Below the pieces are notes generated by a model. It searched no databases. It saw only the letters and a program-made list of their open reading frames with translations, and was not told where the DNA came from. From Octopus vulgaris (taxonomy: Eukaryota), in contig OX597828.1 in assembly GCA_951406725.2 (NCBI GenBank), positions 67,022,001 to 67,086,000 on the forward strand: 64,000 bases of DNA, in the 5' to 3' direction. Made by a program: the position numbers and the translations under genes. Positions 54,433 through 64,000 of the stretch are shown here, one piece after another. The first letter of the stretch is position 1. Each line of letters starts with the position of its first letter.

Positions 54433-54479
54433 ATCCCAGACATCGCAGTTTCAAGTTAATTGGCCTTCGTAAATGAGAT
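54433..54479 (-). ncRNA. Degenerate hammerhead
   Basis: atctca-TTTACGA-aggccaattaactt-GAAA-ctgcgatg-TC-tgggat. Confidence 0.45.
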
Positions 54480-54771
54480 GTGCCTAAGGGAAGCAACTCT
54501 GAACGAACTTATAAAGCCGTAGCTTTATGTATAATTCAGTCAACACGTTGACTGATTTGCGTTAGTAGATCGCCCGACCGAGGTGAATATGAAGTGTCAG
54601 CACTAAGCAGTAACTATGAGCAGAATTAGGTAAGTTCAAATATGTTTGTTACATATTTAAGCTGCTAAAAGGCAAATATATTGTTGTTAACGCAGCGAAT
54701 AAATCTCTCTTATGGTAAAAAAAAAAAGGTGTGAAAGCACCTGGTTCGTTCAGTGTCGCCATCTATTAGGA

Positions 54772-54818
54772 ATCCCAGACATCGATGTTTCAAGTTACTT
54801 GGCTCTCGTCAATGAGAT
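54772..54818 (-). ncRNA. Type I hammerhead (C3U variant)
   Basis: atctca-TTGACGA-gagccaagtaactt-GAAA-catcgatg-TC-tgggat. Confidence 0.7.
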
Positions 54819-54855
54819 GTATTTAAGAGAAGCAACTCTGAACAAACTTAGGTGC

Positions 54856-54902
54856 ATCTCATCGACGAGAGCCAAGTAGCTTGAAACATCGATGTCTGGG
54901 AT
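54856..54902 (+). ncRNA. Type I hammerhead (C3U/U4C variant)
   Basis: atctca-TCGACGA-gagc caagta gctt-GAAA-catcgatg-TC-tgggat. Confidence 0.7.
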
Positions 54903-55062
54903 TCATAATAGATGGCGACACCGAACGAACCGGGTGTTTTCGCACCTTTTTACCACAAGAGAAATTTATTCTCCGCGGTAACTGCCGTGTATTTGACTTA
55001 CACACTGCTAAATACTCACATTTCGTTAAATAAATAAGAATTATTTTACGGAAATTAACAAT

Positions 55063-55470
55063 AGGCGCAGGAGTGGCTGTGTGGTAAGTAGCTTGTTTAC
55101 CAACCACATGGTTCCGGGTTCAGTCCCACTGCGTGGCATCTTGGGCAAGTATCTTCTACTATAGCCTCGGGCCGACCAAAGCCTTGTGAGTGGATTTGGT
55201 AGACAGAAACTGAAAGAAGCCCGTCGTATATATGTATATATATATATGTGTGTGTGCGTATGCTTGTGTGTCTGTGTTTGTCCCCCTAGCATTGCTTGAA
55301 AACCGATGCTAGTGTGTTTATGTCCCCGTTACTTAGCGGTTCAGCAAAAGAGACCGATAGAATAAGTACTGGGCTTACAAAAGAATAAGTCCCGGGGTCG
55401 AATTGCTCGATTTAAAAAGGTGGTGATCCAGCATGGCCGCAGTCAAATGATTGAAACAAGTAAAAGAGTA
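55063..55470 (+). mobile_element. SINE family A, full length
   Basis: Family A consensus. Confidence 0.92.
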
Positions 55471-56139
55471 ATCAGCCAGCTGGAAATCGAATGACATTTG
55501 TGCAAATGAAAAACGAAACAGCTCCCAACTAATAACAATGTACATAAATATAAATGTCGAAGAGTATAATTTGTATGGACGTTTACTTACAGTTTCATGT
55601 TTCAAAAAGCTAAGCAACAACATTTCAATTTTCCTGAAAGTAGAACAATATGATATTTTGCTTTCATTATTAAAAGACCATTACATTCTGTAGTTGACTC
55701 ACTTACAGTAGAGCTTTGTGTTCATTAGTATTGTATACTTTCGTTGTAATTATTGCTATTTATAGTTATTTCACTGCTGGAAATAGAAATTATTATGGTT
55801 TCCTATTTCTATGACAGTTTCAAATGATTTTTATGGCAAACACTATTAAAGAGAATCAGACATACTAAAGTAGTGTAAAATGTTAAATGCACCGGATCCT
55901 TCTTACTAACTCGCATCACGGAAAATCTACATCCTTCGAGAATAAGAACTAAATTTTTAACAGTCGTAACAAAGAGACGACAGCATATTTCTTGATAAAA
56001 TGTTGTCCAACCAAAATAGTTTCACTAATATTATATCACAGACACAGAGACATACAGACACACGGACACACACGTATATATGTATGTGTATGTGTTAATT
56101 TATATGTGTGAGTATATATATATGTGTGGTTAGTATGGA

Positions 56140-57323
56140 CAGAGCAGCGAGAAAGAAGCCATTTCTTCGGCCAAACAGCAACAAGCGGGGGGGGGGGGGG
56201 GGCAATGAGATGGAGAGGCCACTAGCATTTTGGGACATTGTCATACTCTTTGGTGAGTCCAGTGTGGAGGCGCAATGGCCCAGTGGTTAGGGCAGCGGAC
56301 TCGCGGTCATAGGATCACGGTTTCGATTCCCAGACCGGGCGCTGTGAGTGTTTATTGAGCGAAAACACCTAAAAGCTCCACGAGGCTCCGGCAGGGGGTG
56401 GTGGCAATTCCTGCTGTACTCTTTCACCACAACTTTCTCTCACTCTTACTTCCTATTTCTGTTGTACCTGTATTTCAAGGGGCCGACCTTGTCACTCTCT
56501 GTGTCATGCTGAATATCCCCGAGAACTACGTTAAGGATACACGTGTCTGTGGAGTGCTCAGCCACTTACACGTTAATTTCACGAGCAGGCTGTTCCGTTG
56601 ATTCGGATCAACCGGAACCCTCGTCGTCGTAACCGACGGAGTGCTTCCAAGATGAGTCCAGATTTGCTGTATTTCCTGACAGTGGTTGAGTGTGGGTCTG
56701 GAGACTCTATGAATTTGATGTGAAAAGATTGCAGCCAGCAAAGAAACACGGCAGCTCTTCTGTGATGGTCTGGGGAGCAATTTCGAGCAATGGTTGATCA
56801 GAACTGATGGAGTGTGAGGGAAACATAAACTTAGATAAATATGTGTCCATATTGTAGAAAGGACTCCTTCAAATCTTCTCCAGTGGTAAATGATTAAAGA
56901 AGACTCCTTATTTATGGAAGATGGGGATCATTGTCACACGTCTCAAATGACCTAAGATTTGTTGGATGAGAATGGCATTAAAAGGCTTCCCTGACCAAGC
57001 CAGTCACCAGATATGAAACATATTGAACATTTCTGTGGCATAATGGACTGGACATTCCGTAAATAGAACAAGAAAGCATCTTCAAAGCCAGATCTTTTGA
57101 GATTACTGCATGAAACTTGGCAAGAAATTCCGCAAGAGAAAATTCATTATCTGATCAGTAACATGCTTAATAGGGTCCTTGCATAGGAAAATGCAGTGGG
57201 ATTGTCTACTAAATATCAGATATTCACATTATGACAATTAATAAATAATTTGAATGTATAATTTCAGATTGAAATAAATTTTCATGTTTCTAAGGGTGTC
57301 TATTTACTTTTGCCATGTCTGTG
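56140..57323 (+). pseudogene. Tc1-family transposase remnant with 3' TIR, interrupted by SINE C
   Basis: [50 protein letters not shown]; ends acttttgccatgtctgtg. Confidence 0.85.
56263..56652 (+). mobile_element. SINE family C, tail type 1, with 9-bp TSD
   Basis: tgagtccag at 56254-56262 and 56653-56661; reverse complement of 44535-44920. Confidence 0.92.
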
Positions 57324-57327
57324 AATA

Positions 57328-57367
<40 letters not shown>

Positions 57368-57627
57368 CATCCACATATATATATGTAGATATGTGTCTGT
57401 GTGTACCACATATACACACACACACATACACATATGTAATATGGGATAGTCACATGGCAGAAACACCCTCACCTCTCCACCTCCGCTGAAAAACATTCAC
57501 AAAAATATTATCGATAACTTAAATAGCAAATTTAGGTCTTAAAAATATTAAAACATTAATTTTAATTTTATTTTGTATAAGCAGCAGAGGTCTGCTGTAC
57601 TTTTTATTGTTTGTTGTCGTAGTTGTT

Positions 57628-57663
<36 letters not shown>

Positions 57664-58014
57664 ATAATCATTATCGTTGTTATCGTTACAATTGTTATTA
57701 GTTATTGTTATTATTTATTATTGATTGTTGTTTAGTTATTTTTGTTATAGTTATTGTTGTTGCTGTTGTAATTGTTTTTGTTGTTTTTATAGTTGCTTTT
57801 AAGTTACTCGTTTCAATTATGTGATTGCTGGTGTTGTTGTTGTTAGTCTTGTTGTTGCATTTGTTATTGTTCCTGCCATTTTTAATATTGTTTCTGTTAT
57901 TGCTGCAGCTGCTGTTGTTGTTACTGTTGTTGTTTTTGCTGCTGCTGCTGCTGTTTTTGTTGCTCTGTTGTTAGTGTTATTGTTGCTTTCGTTTGTATTT
58001 CGTTTGTATTAAGT

Positions 58015-58624
58015 ATTTACCACACACACACATTCACACACACACACACATTCACACACACACACGAACGTAAACACACATGCACACACACACACACGAA
58101 CGTAAATACACACACTCTCACACACACACGCACACATACACACACATATACGAACGCAAACACACACACACACACACATACACACACACATACGAACGCA
58201 CACACACACACACACATACACATACACACACACACATATACGAACGCAAACACACACACACACACATACACACACACAAACACACACACATACGAACACA
58301 AACACACACACACACACACACACGCCCGCGCAGATATACACACAAACGTGTGATGTATTTGAAGAGACAACAGTTTTAAATAACAAAACCTCTTCATGTT
58401 TTCTGGCAAAACAGAAAAAAAGACCGAAATTCTATGAACAAATCGAATTATAAAGGACGCACGCCCTCACACACACACACATATACATTCACACACACAC
58501 ACACATATGCACACATATACATTCACACACACACACACACGCACACGCATATAAACATACACACGCACATATCAAACACTCATATGCACACATACACACA
58601 TACCGACATACACACATACACACA

Positions 58625-58715
<91 letters not shown>

Positions 58716-58716
58716 G

Positions 58717-58785
<69 letters not shown>

Positions 58786-58800
58786 ATATATAAGTAAATA
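58015..58800. repeat. CA-based minisatellite (cgaacg spacer units) and compound CA/TA tracts
   Basis: Repeated acgaac(g/a)(c/t)a within (CA)n at 58065-58300. Confidence 0.85.
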
Positions 58801-59624
58801 TATGCATCCACATAGATACAAACACAAAAATACAGATGATAAATATATAAATATATTTTAACATAAAAGAGGCGGGGAATCTGAGAAGAGCGTTAAGTGC
58901 ACTATTAAAATCCATAACTTCCTCTAGTCTAGGTTCGAATGTAGACGAGACCTGGTCATATGCTTTATCTCTTTGCGCGTTGTGATAACAGTTGTCTGTA
59001 TAAAGCTATGTTCTTCTTTGTTTTGCAAGACTGTGGCTTTGCATAACTTGCGACATGTGCAAGTTATTCCTACAAAATATGCCATCTTTTCTTGGTTTTC
59101 ATATGTTCAACTACATTTATTTATAAAGAAACAAGGTTTCTTGTGGATATGAAAACAAAACACAAAAAGAATCGGCGTTTAGGTTGCTGTAAATTCAAAT
59201 AAATTAGGTTCTAAATACGCCAGTTTCTTTTCGTATCAGAGAGAGAGAGAGAGAGAAAGGGGTGTGTAGGATTATGGATCCTAATAGACTGCATTAGAAT
59301 TACATTTCATATATATATATATATGTGTGTGTGTGTGTATTACGGAGATGTACTTGCACAGTAAGTGACCTGATCTGAGATCGTGTGCTGAATCAAAAAC
59401 AATTGCAGCGTGGAAAGTGTTTATAAGCTATTTAAAAGACACACACAAGAAACCGTTAGATTCACTTCTACATTTAAATTTCATTTGTCAAAATATTTTC
59501 GTCGCTTTCAGACCGCGACCTTATTCACTGACAAAATTCTGTGCTGACTTTTATCAGGTAGTCAGAATACATTAAAAAATTAAAGGTAATTTATTCATTA
59601 AATTAATAATTATATCTATATATG

Positions 59625-59738
59625 TATACAATTATATTAAGGGAGCAAGGCCGAAAAAACCGACATTTCAAGCATTTTCAAGCATGCTGGAGATAGGTCA
59701 TTTTTTTTCGCCCTTGCTCCCTTAATATAATTATATAC
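59625..59738. repeat. Short fold-back / mini-MITE
   Basis: aattatattaagggagcaagg / ccttgctcccttaatataatt. Confidence 0.8.
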
Positions 59739-59749
59739 ATACAAAAATA

Positions 59750-59827
<78 letters not shown>

Positions 59828-60676
59828 AAGAAGCATGTGTTAAAGAACAAACATTAAATTTAGGTCAACGACTTTACATACAACACCGCCCCTCAAACAT
59901 GTAATCATATATTTAAATCACCATGGTTTCCAAACACATAAAAAAAAATAATATATATACATAAACTCACAGAAGGTAAAAGTATATAATCGAATAAAAT
60001 ACAAATAGAACGGCCTATCAAAAAGTTAAATATAAACGGCTAAAAATTCAAAAACTACCAAAAGACCAAATAGACAAATATAAAATAAGTAAAGGTAAAA
60101 ATAAAATAAAATAAATGTCCACCGACTAAAAAAGTCTTATCAGACGATTAAAATATTTTTTTAAAATTAAAATTTTTTTTTAATATTTGAAAAAATATTT
60201 GAAAAAAGTCTTTTACTTACGTCCAAAGTTCATAAGTAAACAGACTTCCACAGGTAAGATTCACATACATCTTGAAAAATGTCTTTTATTCCCCAAACAC
60301 AAGTACGTCCAAAAGTTCATAAACAGACTCCACAGGTCAAATTCAACATTCACATATATATACTGCCATTTCGGGAGCTCACCACTGCAGTTTATTTACA
60401 CTAATGTGTAACAGGGTGATGATCCTCTCATCAAGATAAACAAGAAACTGGAGACACGCACAGTGATTCTTTATTACCCACGAGGGGCACGCACAGAAAG
60501 GACAATACAATACATGTGGGGACATATAACAATTAAAATAATAAAATTATGATAAACACGAATGAAAAATGAAATGATATATGGAAACGTGCAACTTACC
60601 CCACCTCAGTAGCAGGGAGGAATCGATGCTAGATATGTCAAAACAATTGCCGTGATTAATAAAAATTCTCGTATCT

Positions 60677-60744
<68 letters not shown>

Positions 60745-60879
60745 GTAACTATTTTGACTTTAGGTATATGTCTATTAGTATGTCGATTAAAGCTCACCGT
60801 TGGGGCTACCTGATGTCATCTCAGTAACGATATAAGTTTCACTGGATCTACGTCAGGAAATCCGCAGTGTTTGTTAAGT

Positions 60880-61180
60880 TTATAGTTGATAAAGGAAACG
60901 GAAGATGGATTTTTAGTACAATTTAGTACTTCATCTGTCCCATAGGATATTGTGCATCTGGTTGCGTTGCATCAATCAGTGCGGTCTGTGTCACTTCAGG
61001 TGCTCGGTGGAGAAAAATATCTCACTAGATATACTGAGATCTTGGCATGTTGTTCTGGTTAGTTGTACGTTGGTATACTGACCCATGGGACAGATGCAGG
61101 ATGTGTCGAAACGATCGTCGTGATGAGTAAAGATCCATCTTCCATTTCCTTCAACTATATATATATATATAACAAACGAT

Positions 61181-61250
<70 letters not shown>

Positions 61251-61368
61251 ATATGTACATATGAATATATATATATATATATAATATACATATACATACT
61301 CACACACACACACACATATATATATATAGTTGAAGGAAATGGAAGATGGATCTTCTCAGCACGACGAT
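60880..61368. mobile_element. PLE-terminus-like fold-back with a hammerhead 3' half, plus inverted copy across (TA)n
   Basis: tatagttga..aaggaaa.ggaagatggat at ~60880 and ~61324, reverse complement at 61130-61158; GAAA-cgatcg-TC at 61108-61119. Confidence 0.7.
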
Positions 61369-61691
61369 ACATATATATATATATATGAAGCGGTAGTGGT
61401 GCTGCCTCGTGTAAATATCTCTCCCTCCTGGCTTACTTTACTGATGAATCTGTTGGCCTATGGAAGATTAGCTTGATTTAATTTAACCAGGCTGATTTAC
61501 CATTAAAAAAAACGATGAAACAATGCATTGTATAAAGTGATACAGGGTAAATGTTTTTTTAATTTTCTCCTGATTTACGGAATTACTACTATTTTGCGGT
61601 TGAAGCCTTGGCTGTTATTTCTAGTGGGTTGAACGGCCTATTATGGCCGTTCCTTATATATATATATATATATATATATAATATCTATATA

Positions 61692-61724
<33 letters not shown>

Positions 61725-62192
61725 GCATCTATGTATATAATTGTGTGTGTGTGTGTGTGTGTGTGTGTAAGTGTGTGCATGTGTATGTGTATTGGAAAGA
61801 AAAACTATGAGTAGGTAGTTTGCCAGATCACAGAAGTTGTAGCTTTTACCAAAGACTTCGATTTACTGTAATGAAGGGTTAGGGAGATGGAGGGTAAGGG
61901 TTAGGGTTAGAGAGATAGTGGAAGACGGTTTTTGAAGAGGGATGAATTCAAATTTCATACTAGCGTAAAATTTCCCTTTTACTTACTCATTCGCTGCGAC
62001 ATAAGCACCAATCTCATTAATTTAGGGGCCAATATTCTGTTGACTGGGCAATCCTTCTTTTATAAACAAAGGCCTTAGCAATTTGTCAAATTATTTTATT
62101 TTCGTAATCATCATCATCATCATCATCGTCGTCGTCGTCGTCGTCATCATTTTATTTTTGCAAATAGCAAATACTTATTTTCTTCCCAGATA

Positions 62193-62575
62193 CAGGTACA
62201 GGAGTGGCTGTGTGGTAAGAAGTTTGCTTCCCAACCACGTGGTTTCGAAATCAGTCTCACTGCGCGGCACCTTGGTCTCGGGTTGACCAAAGCCTTGTGA
62301 GTGGATTTTGTAGACGAAAACTGAAAAAAAAAACTCATCGTATATGTGTGTGTGTGTTTGTGTATGTATAAACACACCACCACTACTTGAAAACTGGTGG
62401 TGGTGTGTTTATGTCCCCTTAACTTAGCATGGCGGCAAAAAATGGACCAATAGATACGTAGCAGGCTCCCCCCCCAAAAAAGTATTAGATTCGTTCGACT
62501 GAAATTCCTTAAGGCAGCACGGTCTGATGACTGAAACACGGTAGCAGTCTTAAAGACTGAAACAAATAAAAGATG
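62193..62575 (+). mobile_element. SINE family A, older diverged copy
   Basis: caggagtggctgtgtggtaagaagtttgcttccc head and diverged 3' half. Confidence 0.82.
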
Positions 62576-62591
62576 AGAGATAAACATATGC

Positions 62592-62645
<54 letters not shown>

Positions 62646-62653
62646 ATGTGTGT

Positions 62654-62708
<55 letters not shown>

Positions 62709-63096
62709 TATATATATATGTTTGTACTGTCGTTACCGTCTTGTTTTACCCTCTGGAAAAGATCTCAGAATTTTAATTGATTTGCTTTTCAGGAAGGAAG
62801 TTTTCTCGAAGTATACGTCTCGCTTTTATCCTTCGAAACGTTTAGTAGATGAAACCTTAGCGACTGAAGAAGGGATTTTTCGTTGTGTTTATTGTCCTGT
62901 ATCTCTTTTTTGCTTGTCTTGTTCCTTGTTTGTGTCTATGTTTTTCGTCTCTCTATGTGTTCGACGTCTTTTGGTGTCCTGTGTGTATATGTACATGTAG
63001 AGTATACGTACATATATGTTTATATATATGCATATGTTCTATTTTATTAACCTACATATATATATATATGCACACACGCACGTGCGCGCATGTGTG

Positions 63097-63166
<70 letters not shown>

Positions 63167-63960
63167 TATATATATCAATCACCATCTCTAGCGCACAGTT
63201 ATGGTAAATATCAAGAGTGGTCTATTCTATGATAGAAATTGGTCATGCTCAAATTATTTTTCTTTTCTTCTCCCTTTTGTCTTGTCTTTTCTTTCATTTC
63301 CTTTATCTTGAAAAGATCAATGACTAAATTTTTCTTCTATTTTGTATTTCTCCAATTTTATACGTTATCATTAGTCTTCGTCGTCTTCACTTTTGTTGTT
63401 GTTGTTGTTGTAGTTGTTGTTGTTGTTAGTCATTTGGTGCAGAATACAGTTAACCTCTTGACACTTGAAATGTAGTCACTCGAAATATTTTAATGAACCT
63501 TTCATTTTGATTAGTGTCAGTGTCATTTCTACGATAGACTATAATATTGCTTTCCATATTAATTGCGCTCTACTTTGCTCAGTCAGCCACGCTCACTCTC
63601 GCGCTTGCTCTCCTACTCCTTCCTTTCCTCGCTTACTATTTCACTCACTCATTCCTCCACTCACTTTTGAACCTATATTTCCAAGCAGAAGAAATGAACT
63701 TTGTTTTTCCATGCTTGATTTTTCTCAAGGGTCTGAATTTCGCAACAATTTGCGCAAAGGTCTTCGGATTTGCATTTTTTTCTTTTTCTTTTCCTTTTTT
63801 TATTCCCAGGAAGATTGGGTGGAGTCTTTTCTTGCAATATAAACCGGTGGAAAAAAAATTTCTTCATTTTATTTCTTATTTTTTTCTTTTCTTTTCTTTA
63901 AATGACTTTCTTACAGGAAGGAAACCAGCACCAATAACCTTTGCTAGGAACAGGGGGGGG

Positions 63961-64000
63961 GGGGGGCGAGCTGGCAGATTCGTTATTGCGCCGAACAAAA
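63961..64000 (+). mobile_element. SINE family B head (runs off the window)
   Basis: ggcgagctggcagattcgtta. Confidence 0.6.

Larger units (their letters stand above)
54330..55010. mobile_element. Hammerhead-bearing tandem repeat (339-bp period) plus inverted third copy; retrozyme/PLE pseudo-LTR-like
   Basis: Direct repeats ~54335-54510 and ~54665-54850; inverted copy 54853-55000. Confidence 0.8.

Noticed and set aside
58015-58330. Repeat-spacer-like pattern
   Set aside because: Spacers are (CA)n, the DNA is eukaryotic and there are no cas genes; not CRISPR.
61441-61490. CTGATGA followed by a short stem (likewise 6582, 7577 minus, 6842 minus)
   Set aside because: No correctly placed GAAA with stem I pairing.
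61874-61910. TTAGGG-like repeats
   Set aside because: Only two or three imperfect units; not enough for an interstitial telomere call.

Overview
This is repeat-dominated, AT-rich eukaryotic DNA with no host protein-coding exon that I can support, so it is probably intronic or intergenic. The extreme microsatellite density and the tRNA-derived SINE families suggest a cephalopod (Octopus-like) genome; that is an inference, not a database match. Nearly all long ORFs in the track are microsatellite or low-complexity artefacts. Real coding remnants are all transposable-element fragments: two Penelope-like elements (PLE; RT core, and RT thumb + GIY-YIG), four R4/Dong-type RLE fragments, two RTE fragments, a Ty3/Gypsy gag-protease remnant, a mariner and a Tc1 remnant. 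There are at least four SINE families, a piggyBac-type MITE and a probable solo LTR. The most striking unannotated layer is RNA structure. I find nine canonical or near-canonical type I hammerhead ribozymes plus several degenerate or half motifs from different sequence families. Most lie in non-coding PLE-terminus-like or retrozyme-like elements stacked in (TA)n tracts, often as fold-backs; several have unusually long stem II extensions (39-100 nt). A second layer is a ~550-bp non-coding family (8 copies) found only in (TAA)n tracts, in fixed orientation, beside Dong/R4 remnants: a candidate non-autonomous partner of a TAA-targeting retrotransposon. Family letters (A-E, P1-P8) are my own labels. 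Coordinates were read by eye, so element boundaries are approximate.
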